A stretch of 64,000 bases of DNA from an uncultured Nitrospinota bacterium. Lineage in GTDB: Bacteria > Tectomicrobia > Entotheonellia > J063 > CAVPRW01. Below, piece after piece: positions 1 to 13,343 of this stretch. Below the pieces are notes generated by a model, which was not told the DNA's origin, ran no database searches, and saw nothing but the letters and a program-made list of their open reading frames with translations. Both the position numbers and the translations under genes were made by a program. Position 1 is the first letter of the stretch; each line of letters opens with the position of its first letter. The stretch covers positions 64,001 to 128,000 of the forward strand of contig CAVPRW010000010.1 in assembly GCA_963707985.1 (NCBI GenBank), read 5' to 3'.

Positions 1-634
1 CCGTGGTAGCGTTGACTCCCCCGGCGACATTCGACGTCTGGCGGGCATAGAGCATCGTGGTGCCAACCTGCGGGAAATACCCGGATCGCGCGATACCGAG
101 ACGCGCATCAGCGCCTTCGAGTGCCGCCTGTGCGGAGCGGATGCGGGGCTGATTATCGCGGGCAATCTGGATCAGTTGCTCCAACTGCATGACCGGCAGT
201 TCGGGAGCCATCAAGGGGCTAGGTGGCAAACGCTCTGGAAATCCTGCCGCGGGTGGCGGCAACACGGCTGGCTGTCTACCCAGTGTTGGCACCTCCCCAG
301 GTTCCTGGGCTGGCGATGTCTGGCCGCGGGGGGGAAGCTCGGATGGAGCCGCTGCCTGGGACTGAGGTGCTGTGCGGGTCGGAGTGCTTAGGGTCTCGGT
401 CGACACCGCGCCCCGAGTCAGCTGGGTTGATGGCAAGGTCCCTGTCCCGGCATTAGCGGTTGTGGGAGACTGTTCTGCACGCATGAGCGGCGATGGCCGT
501 CCAGGCGGACGACTTGGGAGAGGGCGGAGGGATGCATTCACGTCAGAATTCATGTGCGATGCGCAGCCGACGATGAACGCCAGTATGAGTCCACTACCTA
601 TCGTGAACGCCAGCCTGCTCTTCTCGTGAAACAT
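1..634 (-). CDS. TolC-family outer-membrane efflux lipoprotein (runs off the window edge)
   Basis: Manual translation from ATG 634 (GAGGAG RBS at 645-650): lipobox-like LAFIVGC, Pro/Ser-rich linker, then LEQLIQIARDNQPRIRSAQAALEGADARLGIARSGYFPQV, typical of the OEP/TolC N-terminal repeat. Same strand as the RND/MFP genes. Confidence 0.8.
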   Translation of the reverse strand, partial: MFHEKSRLAFTIGSGLILAFIVGCASHMNSDVNASLRPLPSRPPGRPSPLMRAEQSPTTANAGTGTLPSTQLTRGAVSTETLSTPTRTAPQSQAAAPSELPPRGQTSPAQEPGEVPTLGRQPAVLPPPAAGFPERLPPSPLMAPELPVMQLEQLIQIARDNQPRIRSAQAALEGADARLGIARSGYFPQVGTTMLYARQTSNVAGGVNATT

Positions 635-880
635 CCGCTCGGATCTCCTCTTACATGGTAAATCGTCATGCCTTAATGCGACATCCTACCTTTCCATGCC
701 AGCTTCATGATCCGTCACAGGAGATGACGCGTCGCTGCTCCCGTGGGTGACAGAGCATCTCCATGGCCACTTCCCTGACATCTCCCCGCTGACATTTCTG
801 GAGGTGTCCGGCGGGATGCATGCAGGAGTGTCCGAAGTGCGATGCCGCAACAGGAATATTTGGCCAGGGGCAAGCTCTAC

Positions 881-1375
881 CTAAAGATAGGCTAACATAC
901 GTCCACAGGCAATCACTCCAACCCATAGGACAAGGGAGAGGGCCGCGGCGACCTTGGCGGAGGTAGGAATAGTCACGTTCTTGTTCCAGTTCCTGACCGA
1001 TTGAAAGGGCCCTCGGTGAAACCCCGCGGCATTCAGGCCGGCGACGATGATGGGCAGCAATTTGAGGCGGAAGGCGGGATTCTCGGCCATCTCAGTGGCA
1101 TGTGCCATGACCATAAGAAGGCCAGCAGGGATCACCAGCAGGAGGCTTAAGCGCGCCCAACGCCATAAGTGCTGGGCGAGATCGGCCACTGGCAGCTGTC
1201 GCGAGCAACCGAGCAGCCGCAGGTCAAACATAGCTGCTGCCCCCACTAAGATCACAAAGCCAACGATGTGCACGATCTCAACGGCCGGGTAGAGCCAGAG
1301 CCATTGCCGCAGAGCAATCGCCACTGCGCATCCCTCAAGCCAGACCCACCATGCCGGTCCAACGACCTCGTGCAT
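881..1375 (-). CDS. DUF6644-like 4-TM membrane protein
   Basis: 164 aa. WLYPAVEIVHIVG..FDLRLLG and NPAFRLKL..NAAGFH..SLVLW..GRMLAY pattern. Confidence 0.75.
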   Translation of the reverse strand: MHEVVGPAWWVWLEGCAVAIALRQWLWLYPAVEIVHIVGFVILVGAAAMFDLRLLGCSRQLPVADLAQHLWRWARLSLLLVIPAGLLMVMAHATEMAENPAFRLKLLPIIVAGLNAAGFHRGPFQSVRNWNKNVTIPTSAKVAAALSLVLWVGVIACGRMLAYL

Positions 1376-1377
1376 AA

Positions 1378-1504
1378 GCGGAGCTCCGCGGTTTTTCCTT
1401 GAATCGTGATGCGCTCTGCCCGCATTTCTCGCGCTTCACTCCGATGCGGTAATAGCGACCAAGGCAAGCCCCAATGCAACAGTAAGGCTCCGCTTCGCCC
1501 CCAT
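1378..1504 (-). pseudogene. Internally deleted DUF6152-like exported protein remnant
   Basis: GGAGG + ATG 1504 encodes a signal peptide (MGAKRSLTVALGLALVAITAS) joined out of frame to PHRSEAREMRAERITIQGKTAELR, the C-terminus typical of DUF6152 proteins that precede DUF6644 genes. Confidence 0.65.
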
Positions 1505-1694
1505 GAAGATACCTCCGCTGATGAATGAACGCAAACTACCGAGGCATCCAGGCCTTCCTGGGTTGAGACAAATGCTTCGCCGGGATAATTCCTCCGGCTG
1601 AATCCCTCTGTGACATTTCGGCTACAAGGCCTCATGACAACGATCAATTCAGGAACGCCGATGCGCACGATCAGCGGGCAACCTGCTCCTGTGG

Positions 1695-3461
1695 TCACGT
1701 CTCGATGCCGCTTTGCTGACGCTTAGACTCCACTGGGAGGCCAGCCGCCTGCCACGCATTCCAACCACCGACCAAGGCACGTGCTTTGCCCCACCCCGCT
1801 TGTCTAAGCTCCTGCGCCACACGGGCGCTAGTGGCTTCCTGCGGTCAGGCACAGTATCCCACCAGCCAGACATCGCGTGGTAGATTGAGCTCAGACGCAC
1901 GATCGACTACATGATCGGGTGGGAGCCGCACCGCTTGGTGCGCCTGGGTCGAGCTCGGGTCGTACGTCCGATCGGTGCGGACATCAAGGATCACGACCGG
2001 TGCGCCGGCGTCCCACAGACGGCGCAGTTGCGGTATCGTGAGGCTTTCAGCTGGGGGGGCAGAAGCGTCGCCATCATTATCCTCAGCGCTCACGTTAATC
2101 GACTCGATTGGGCTTGAGGAAACGGCGGGATCCCATGGTGAGGTGAGGTGCGCAGGGGCGGCGACAGCGGTGTACCCATCATTGATCGGGTCTGACGCCG
2201 CCGGCACGCCTGGCAGGGGATGCTCGATCGCCACCTCTGCCGGCTCCATCTCTGGGTTTGGGGCACGGCGTCGAGGCCTATGACCCAGCAGCAACGGCGA
2301 TCCACCATGGACCACGACGGACAAGAGGACCACCAGGCAACAGATCGCAAACAGGTGTTCGCTCCCTGGCAGGCCGGCGAACACCGGCAACAGCACGAGC
2401 AAAAGCGAGCTCAGACCGCGCGGACCAAACCAAGCGATGAGAAAGGAATCCCCGCGGTCGACCCTGGAACCGGCCAATGAGAGGAGAAAGACCGGCGGTC
2501 TGACCAGGAGGACGACGACCGCAAAGGCCAACGTCGGCCAGGACAGCATTGTAAATCCGCTCCAGATCAACGAGGTGCCGAACAGCACAAAGGTGAACAA
2601 CAGCGCCATCTCAGCTGTCGCCCCGCCGTAGTCGATGAAACAGTCACAGAGCTCGACGTCGAGGGCTGCAATCGTAATCCCAGCGGCAAAGGCCGCCAGG
2701 AATCCACTCCCATGCACAGCTTCGGCGGCAGCATAGGCGGTGAACGCCACCCCAAGCGAGTAGACGGATTCGTAATCACGCCTGACCCCGAGGCGTCGGC
2801 GGATCAAGTCCAGCGTGGCAACCGATACCAGCCCCACGGCCACGCCAGCGCCTGGCCCCAGGATGAAGAGATCGATTCCCAATCGCGCCCAATCGGTGCC
2901 CGTCGGCATGGTCTCTTGGCCGAGAAAGGCCATGGCGATGATCAGCACGGGAAGTAGCACCACATCATTCAGACCACTCTCCAGACGCAGCGCTTGACGG
3001 ACAGTCCGTGGGATGTCTCGGCGTCCAAGCAAACTCCGCAGCAGCACCGGATCGGTTGAGGACAAGGCGGCTCCGAGAATGGTTGCGGCTGGCCAGGAAA
3101 GGTCCAATACCCACCATCCCGCCACCGCAATCAGCGCTGCCGACAGGAGCGTCCCCGGCCCCACGACTCGCAGGGCCAGAGTGGTATGGCGTTGCATCTC
3201 GGAGAGGTCGAGGGTCAACGCATCCGTGAAGAGGACCAGCGTCAGGCTCAGCGTCGCCACAATGCGCAGCGCTGGCGAGTCTAATCCCAGGTCAAGTACC
3301 CCTAACCCCGCGGGTCCCAACGCCGCACCCATGGCCAGAAACACTGCTACTTGGGGCATGCCGCTGCGCTCGACCAAACCTGAGAGCAAGGCGGACACCA
3401 TAATGACGATACCAAGCAGCGCCAGTGTGGCTGGGAACGACGCTGCAGCGAACATCTCCAT
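1695..3461 (-). CDS. NhaP/CPA1 cation:proton antiporter fused to C-terminal rhodanese domain; probable selenoprotein (UGA at 1845-1847)
   Basis: CPA1 motifs STDPV, LESGLND, WFGPRG. Rhodanese domain VILDVR...GYCA-UGA-PQEATSARVAQELRQAGWGKARALVGGWNAWQAAGLPVE continues in frame to TGA 1695-1697. Confidence 0.85.
1807..1844 (-). promoter_or_regulatory. Putative bacterial SECIS hairpin
   Basis: Directly 3' of the UGA: CT(A)GCGCC-CGTGT-GGCGCAG stem-loop. The loop starts 21 nt after the UGA with G at loop position 2. Confidence 0.6.
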
Positions 3462-3494
3462 CGGGGACCATCCTCCATGGCAGGACTCAGCGTC

Positions 3495-6779
<3,285 letters not shown>

Positions 6780-6786
6780 AGACGTC

Positions 6787-7962
6787 TCACTCCACGATTG
6801 TGACTGCTTGGCCTGACTGCAAATTACCTGGCTCAACGACTACCATTTCACCGACCTTGACACCGCTGGTCACTTCCGTCCAGTCCCCCGTGCGCCGTCT
6901 GGTCGTGATCGGTTTTTCAAGCGCCTTGCCGTTCTGGACGACCACAACTTTCTCGATGCCGGCAAAGGTAACGATGGAGTTGGTGGGAATGGTGACGGCC
7001 ATGGTGTCATCGTTAATGACGATCTCGGCCCTGGCGAACAGCCCAGGACGTAACGACCCATCATTGGCCACTTCCGCCTCAACGATGAGCATGCGCGTTT
7101 GCGGCGTGATGACCGGGCTTAACCGTGCGATGCGCCCTAGGTACACATTGGGATCGCCCTCAGTGGTGACGCGCACGCTCTGCCCAATTCGTACCTGTTG
7201 CGCCTCCCGTTCGGGGACCTCAACACGCAGGCGCAATGGGTTCATGCGTACAACGGTGGCGACCGGAGCGCCGGCCCCGAGATATTCGCCGATGCTTGCC
7301 CGCTTCTCCTGGATCGCCCCATCGAATGGGGCTTGGATGGCGGTGTCGGCCAGTTGCTGGCGGGCCAATGCCAGCTCAGTGCGACGCTGCGCCACTAATG
7401 ATTGACGAATCTGTACTTCTTCGATGGCATCCTCATACCGACTGACGGCAACCTTATAGGCCGACTCGGCACTGTCCAACAGGGAACGCGCCACAATCCC
7501 CTGATCGAACAGCGTGGCCTGCCGGTCACGATTGGTCTTGGCTTCCTCCAACAGGGCCCGGGCCTGACGCACTGTGCTCGTCTGCTCGGGCTCAATACGG
7601 TCGGAGTTCCCAGTTAAGGGGACTCCTAGACGGGCGCGCGCCTGGGCTAACGCGGCTTCAGCTTGCTGGACGCGCAATTGGTAATCCTGTGGGTCGATCT
7701 GGGCGATCAACTGCCCTTGTTGTACCACACTCCCTAAATCCACGCTGATACTGCGCAGGCGTCCAGGTACTTTGACGCTGACGGTCGCTTGATCGAAAGC
7801 GGCTAGAGAGCCAAGAGCGACCGTCGAACGTTCCATGGGCTTCTCAGCCACCGGCGTCACCCGTACTTGCCTAGCGGGCGACGCGTCCTGTCCGGTTCGG
7901 CTGGGTTGGGTGGCAGCCGTGGAGTCGCCTCTGCAGCCTGTGCATGCCAGAACTACCGCCAT
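6787..7962 (-). CDS. RND efflux membrane fusion protein (periplasmic adaptor)
   Basis: Lipoyl-like halves (VSVKVPGRL; IQAPFDG), coiled-coil hairpin, LRPGLFARAEI, lipoprotein-like LACTGC. Start uncertain. Confidence 0.9.
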   Translation of the reverse strand: MAVVLACTGCRGDSTAATQPSRTGQDASPARQVRVTPVAEKPMERSTVALGSLAAFDQATVSVKVPGRLRSISVDLGSVVQQGQLIAQIDPQDYQLRVQQAEAALAQARARLGVPLTGNSDRIEPEQTSTVRQARALLEEAKTNRDRQATLFDQGIVARSLLDSAESAYKVAVSRYEDAIEEVQIRQSLVAQRRTELALARQQLADTAIQAPFDGAIQEKRASIGEYLGAGAPVATVVRMNPLRLRVEVPEREAQQVRIGQSVRVTTEGDPNVYLGRIARLSPVITPQTRMLIVEAEVANDGSLRPGLFARAEIVINDDTMAVTIPTNSIVTFAGIEKVVVVQNGKALEKPITTRRRTGDWTEVTSGVKVGEMVVVEPGNLQSGQAVTIVE

Positions 7963-8367
7963 GGCCAGGATGGCAAGCGGGAATCGACGGCAGGCCCCCA
8001 GCAGCCATGGTGAGAGCCGTGGCCTGCCACTGGTAAATCGCGCCGTCGCTAGCGACTGGATCGCTGCGATCGGTCCTACTACTGCAAAACCTCCACATAC
8101 CTATCCTGGGCATGTGTTGAAACTCCCTCATCGCTGCCGATCAACTATGTGTCGGGCAAGGTCCGCTCTGGAAGAGACACCATTTGACAATTATCGCATA
8201 AAGTAACTTAAGATGGTACTTTTCAACGCACAATCGTGATGTTAGGGGCGTCAGGAGGCTTCCTGCAAGGTATGGCGAGGGCTGTTCATACCGTTGGGAC
8301 AGGCATGCACAACGACCCGGAAGAAGTCGTGGTATACCGGTGGGGCTGATGCGACTCCGCAGCTCTC

Positions 8368-9717
8368 TTAGGCCTCGTAACGGGCCAATTTTCGATACAG
8401 GGTTGAGAGGTTGATGCCCAGGATCTGGGAGGCTTTGACCTTATCGCCACTCACTTTCTGAAGGACTTTCTTGATATGTTGCTCCTCCAACGCGTCAAGC
8501 GTCATCTCGTACTCGTCCAAATCACGGATGGCAATCTTCACCTGAGTGAGCTTGTCCGGTAGATCAGTCCTCTCAATGAGATCTTCTTCGCAGAGGGCGA
8601 CCGCGCGTTCGATCATATTTTCCAGCTCGCGGACGTTACCAGGCCAGTCATAATTGACTAGCGCCTGCATGGCCTCGCGCAAGATTTTGACGGACGGTTT
8701 CGCGAGACGCTGGGCATACTTTTGGAGAAAATGGTTCACCAGCAAGGGGACATCTTCCTTCCGATCCCGGAGCGGCGGCAAGGGGATGGTGATCACATTG
8801 ATCCGATAAAACAAGTCCTCCCGGAAGGTGCCTTTTCTCACCTCATCTTCGAGCAGCCGGTTGGTTGCGGCAATGAGCCGAACATCGAAGCGCAGCGGCT
8901 CACGTCCGCCCACGGGAATGACCTCACGCTCTTGAATGGCGCGCAACAGTTTGACCTGCAAGCTATGCGAAACCTCGCTGATCTCATCAAGAAACAAGGT
9001 GCCTTTGTCGGCCTTCCTGAAGAATCCCTCCTGGTTGGCAATAGCGCCAGTAAACGCTCCTTTGAGATGCCCAAAGAGCTCGCTCTCCAGAAGGTTTTCC
9101 GTCAGCGCCCCGCAGTTCACGGCGACAAAGGGTCGATCGGAGCGTTCGGAGTTATAATGGATGGCCCGGGCGACTAGCTCTTTGCCGGTACCTGTCTCCC
9201 CGACGATGAGCACATTGCTGGAAATGCCCGATACCTTTTCAATGAGGCGATAGACCTTTTCCATCGCCTCACTATTGCCCACGATATTTTCAAATCGGTA
9301 GCGTTCCCGCAATTCACGTTTGAGGTGACGGTTTTCGCGTGATAAATGCCGCTGGTTCAGGGCCCGGCGCAGCATGACGCGGATCTCGTCGTTGATGAAG
9401 GGTTTGGTCAAATAGTCATATGCCCCCTTGCGCATGGCCTCGACGGCGGTCTCCACTGAGGCATAGGCAGTCATGACGATGACCACGATCTCCTGGTCAA
9501 AGGTGCGAACTTCAGTCAGCAATTGCAATCCATTCATGCCCGTCAGCCGGAGATCGGTCAATACCAGATCAATCGTCTGCTCCTGCAGCAGTTTCAACGC
9601 CTCCTCGCCGCTGGATGCCTGAAAAATGTGGTAATGCTCACCGGCCAAGATCTTCGTCATGAGCTCGCGCATCAAGTCATCGTCTTCAACGAGTAGTATG
9701 CGTTCGCCGCCTGCCAT
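8368..9717 (-). CDS. Sigma54-dependent two-component response regulator (NtrC/AtoC/ZraR type)
   Basis: REC domain (EDD, D55 region, KPF), AAA+ GETGTGKE and GAFTGA, C-terminal Fis-type HTH. Confidence 0.95.
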   Translation of the reverse strand: MAGGERILLVEDDDLMRELMTKILAGEHYHIFQASSGEEALKLLQEQTIDLVLTDLRLTGMNGLQLLTEVRTFDQEIVVIVMTAYASVETAVEAMRKGAYDYLTKPFINDEIRVMLRRALNQRHLSRENRHLKRELRERYRFENIVGNSEAMEKVYRLIEKVSGISSNVLIVGETGTGKELVARAIHYNSERSDRPFVAVNCGALTENLLESELFGHLKGAFTGAIANQEGFFRKADKGTLFLDEISEVSHSLQVKLLRAIQEREVIPVGGREPLRFDVRLIAATNRLLEDEVRKGTFREDLFYRINVITIPLPPLRDRKEDVPLLVNHFLQKYAQRLAKPSVKILREAMQALVNYDWPGNVRELENMIERAVALCEEDLIERTDLPDKLTQVKIAIRDLDEYEMTLDALEEQHIKKVLQKVSGDKVKASQILGINLSTLYRKLARYEA

Positions 9718-10088
9718 AAACCGGTCTCCCCATCATCACCTGGATCGTCGCCACGCGATTGTCGTTCGTTGTATCCCTATAAACTGCCAGGCGTCGGGTG
9801 GCCTCGCTCTGACGCCGCGTCCCTGCGTGTTCTTAAAAGAAACCAGCAGCTTCGCGGCGATGGATAGGAGGCGCTCAGGGAACAGTCACCTGGACATATC
9901 TCCACATCAAAATATATCAATTAATATCAAATCGCAATTATCTTTTCTTATTTATTCTGATTACAGCTGGTGTGCTCCGATGCGAGGGGCCTTCGCACTC
10001 GCACCGGAGCTCAGCCAGACGGCGCCGATTCCCGGTGATCGGCGCATCGCGGCACTAGAGGCCATGAGTCCAATAACGGAGAGAAACG

Positions 10089-11021
10089 ATGCCAGGGGAA
10101 TGGGAGAGGTTCATCGACACGATCCGCGCCGATAACACGTCTGGCGCGGCAGAATTGGCCAGGATGGCGGCTATCGCGGTTCTGGAGTGGATCGACCATA
10201 CGGTATCGATGCCACCCCACGCCTGGAAGCAGGCGATATTGGCCTTTGCTCCAGAGCTATACATGGCGCAGCCAGCCATGGCCCCGCTGTTCAATCTTGT
10301 CAATGATATCCTGCTGGCGCTGGAATCGACTGACGTTCAGGACGAGCCTCAAGCATGCGTCCGACGCGCCGTGCAGGCCTTCCTCGAACAACTCACCAAT
10401 GTGCAGGAGCGCATGACGACGGTGACAGTAGGGCTGCTCCCCCCTGGAGCGCGTATTCTGACGTTTTCCTACAGCTCCAGCGTCCTGGCCGTATTGCTCG
10501 CGGCCCATGCACGCCAGCGCATATCAGCGGTATTCTGTACGGAGGGCCGTCCTATGCTGGAAGGGCAACGCCTTACCCGAGAGCTGGCGAGGTCTGGTAT
10601 GGCGGTGGAACTGGGCATCGATGCGGCCATCACGACGTTCACAGAGCATGCTGACTTGGCTCTAGTGGGAGCAGACAGCGTGACCATGGGCGGCATAGTC
10701 AACAAACTGGGGACGACCAGCCTGGCGCTGGCATGTCGGCACACGGGCATCCCCTGCTACGTGGTTGCCGATCGTCACAAATGGTTCCCAGCTGGAGCAG
10801 CCGCGCCTGCATTCAGCCATTTCAAGCCAGCGGTCGAAGTGTGGTCTCATCCTCCCACCGGGGTGACGATCTGGAACACGTATTTTGAGTCCACACCACT
10901 GACGCTGTTCAGCGGCATCATCGGGGAAAACGGTCTGCAAGGGCCGCAGGCACTGCAGCGGGAATTGCTAGCGCTGCCGATCGCACAGGTCCTGCGCAGC
11001 AGTACATCAGGAGCGGACTAG
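10089..11021 (+). CDS. eIF-2B/MtnA/R15P-isomerase superfamily protein
   Basis: DNTSGAAELA, EGRPMLEG, VGADSV..NKLGT, YFESTP motifs of the IF-2B fold. Confidence 0.8.
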   Translation: MPGEWERFIDTIRADNTSGAAELARMAAIAVLEWIDHTVSMPPHAWKQAILAFAPELYMAQPAMAPLFNLVNDILLALESTDVQDEPQACVRRAVQAFLEQLTNVQERMTTVTVGLLPPGARILTFSYSSSVLAVLLAAHARQRISAVFCTEGRPMLEGQRLTRELARSGMAVELGIDAAITTFTEHADLALVGADSVTMGGIVNKLGTTSLALACRHTGIPCYVVADRHKWFPAGAAAPAFSHFKPAVEVWSHPPTGVTIWNTYFESTPLTLFSGIIGENGLQGPQALQRELLALPIAQVLRSSTSGAD

Positions 11022-11974
11022 CTCGATTTTCGGGGTCGCCGTGTAGGTGGAGGCGGCGCAGTCGGTGCTGGAAGATCGGGCCATCGCAAACCGGCTAATA
11101 GGTAGTGCACTGCCAAGCTCTGAAACGCTCCCCAGCGTGTGGCAAACGTGCGTACTTCCTCGCTAGATGGAGCTTGTCCGTTGAAATAAAATTTCCCCAC
11201 GGCTTTGCGCACACCCAGATCGCCAGCCGCGATCACATCGCCACGCCCTAACCCTCGGGCGAGCAGCCAGTCTGCGGTCCAGCGGCCTAAGCCTTTGACC
11301 TGTATGATGCGCTCGATGACCTCGTCATTAGACAGCTTGGGAAACTCTTCAAATTTCAACTCCCCACTGGCCACAAGGCGTGCCAGGTTGACGATATACT
11401 CAGCCTTGCGCCAGCTAAATTGCATATCGCGCAGGTCCTGCAGCGAGGCCTCGGCGAGACTCTCTGGCGTGGGAAAGCCGTAGAGCCTTTTGCCGTCAAT
11501 GATCACCGATGGACCGAAGCGCTTGATCAGGCGGCTGCGGGTAGTCGTAGCGAAGGTGAGATTGACTTGTTGGGCACTGATTGAAGTCACTAGGGCTTCG
11601 AACAACGTCGGCGCGCGCGGCGGGCGCATACCATAGCAGCGGGCGATGACACGTGCCAGGATGGGATCGGCATCGGCCCAGTGATAAAAAGGTTCGAGAT
11701 CGATGTCCAAGCTGAGGGAGTGCTGGACCTCATCCTCGACCGTACCTCGATGTCGGGCCTGCGCCAGTCCCCCGACAATCTGCACCTGAATCACGGGGTC
11801 TGCTACCGACCCTGCACCGCGCAAAACATATACCCATAGTCTGCCGTCGATGTCGATGACGCGCTGATAGACGCCATCGACATAGGCATGCGCCGCATCG
11901 TCGCCGAAAAGTCGATAGCGTTGCAGCGTCAGGTCAAGATCGCATGGCCCCTGAGGACGGATCGAAAACTCCAT
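11018..11974 (-). CDS. alkA: DNA-3-methyladenine glycosylase II (HhH-GPD)
   Basis: ISAQQVN, FPTPE, HhH VKGLGRWTAD, and GDLGVR. Confidence 0.85.
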   Translation of the reverse strand: MEFSIRPQGPCDLDLTLQRYRLFGDDAAHAYVDGVYQRVIDIDGRLWVYVLRGAGSVADPVIQVQIVGGLAQARHRGTVEDEVQHSLSLDIDLEPFYHWADADPILARVIARCYGMRPPRAPTLFEALVTSISAQQVNLTFATTTRSRLIKRFGPSVIIDGKRLYGFPTPESLAEASLQDLRDMQFSWRKAEYIVNLARLVASGELKFEEFPKLSNDEVIERIIQVKGLGRWTADWLLARGLGRGDVIAAGDLGVRKAVGKFYFNGQAPSSEEVRTFATRWGAFQSLAVHYLLAGLRWPDLPAPTAPPPPTRRPRKSS

Positions 11975-12325
11975 CGCCTACCTCCAGCAGAATGCGTGAT
12001 GTGTACCAAAATCTTCTATCACAAGGGCATCCCCTCCTACGCCAATTGCCCACGTGATCCGCTTTCAAGGCGATATTATGACACGGTACGTGAGCTGGAT
12101 TGTCAACAATTTGCACGGTCCACTCACGAATGTTCGTCGTGTTTCGATGGAGAGGAAACCTCATCTGGGCGCATTAGTTGGCGCCTATTCTCCGTTTTTC
12201 CTTACTTGCTCCAGCGCACGTGTTGTGATAGCGTCGTCCGGTGCTTTCCGGAGTTTGGGAATGTTCTCATGGGAACCCCCTGTGGAGAGAGGGTGAACGC
12301 TGTTATTGATGACGCAAGGGAAGGT

Positions 12326-13087
12326 ATGTTCGTGATGCCGACTGTGAAGGGGATTGGGTTCGATCTGTTTGGTACCCTCGTGCTCCAGGAGCGATTCAGC
12401 TTCGATCAATGTATCGACGCGCTCTATGTGAGCTTGCGATCCAGCGGGTTTGCGCTCGAAAAGGACACCTTTGTCCCAGCCTATCGCCAGGTCAATCGCC
12501 GATTTATGGAACAGACCAAGGTGGATGGTCGTGAGACGCACAATCGTCTGTGGGTTGCTGGAGCGTTACAGACCCTTGGATATGAGATTGACCCCGCCGA
12601 TGTGCGGGTTAACAAGGCCGTAGAAGCCTATTTCGAGCCCTTCGTTAGCAGCTGTCAGCTCATCCCCGGAACAGATGACATGCTGGCCAGCCTCGCGGGT
12701 CGGTATCGATTGGGATTGGTTTCCAACTTCACTCATCCTCCAGCGGTCGAGCAAATCCTGGCCCGCGTGGGGCTTGAGCGTTTTCTTGACGAGATCATCG
12801 TTTCGGGACGACTGGGGATCCGTAAACCTCATCCGGCCATTTTCGGTGAGCTAACGAGGCTCCTCGCACTGGCGCCGGATGAGATCGTGTTTGTCGGGGA
12901 TGACCTGCAGGCGGACATCGTCGGCGCCCAGAAGGCTGGAATGCATGCTGTATGGATGACGTATCGCCAACAGCTTGAGCGGCCATCTCCGCTTGGACAG
13001 TTTTTGGGGATGTCCGAGGAGGCAGAGGGGATACACCCAGACCACATAGTGGCTAATTGGACTGAGTTTCTCTCAACCTTGGCATGA
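12326..13087 (+). CDS. HAD-superfamily hydrolase
   Basis: FDLFGTL (motif I variant), VSNF, KPHPAIF, FVGDDLQADIVGA. Confidence 0.85.
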   Translation: MFVMPTVKGIGFDLFGTLVLQERFSFDQCIDALYVSLRSSGFALEKDTFVPAYRQVNRRFMEQTKVDGRETHNRLWVAGALQTLGYEIDPADVRVNKAVEAYFEPFVSSCQLIPGTDDMLASLAGRYRLGLVSNFTHPPAVEQILARVGLERFLDEIIVSGRLGIRKPHPAIFGELTRLLALAPDEIVFVGDDLQADIVGAQKAGMHAVWMTYRQQLERPSPLGQFLGMSEEAEGIHPDHIVANWTEFLSTLA

Positions 13088-13146
13088 GAGCCCATCCGGG
13101 GTTGGCGAACGATTGGGTTGGAAACGCGAGAGAAAAATGGTGCAAG

Positions 13147-13218
<72 letters not shown>

Positions 13219-13343
13219 CATCGTTGGGTTGCTTGTTGTCAGGAGGTGTGCATCATCATAACGAGGCTAGGATACGAGTGCAAGGGATTTTTGCCAGGGT
13301 ACCATAGGGCCCCCATCCAGGGAAGGCTGCATAGGTCGACATC

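Noticed and set aside
1671..1697. Second UGA (1695-1697) followed by CCA CAG GAG, echoing the first UGA's CCG CAG GAA (both PQE)
   Set aside because: The rhodanese domain is already complete, another TGA follows 8 codons later, and no comparable SECIS is evident. Treated as the true stop and a coincidence.
11888..12325. N-terminal 146 aa of the 399-aa HAD ORF
   Set aside because: It overlaps the alkA start and divergent promoter region; HAD motif I begins after 12326.
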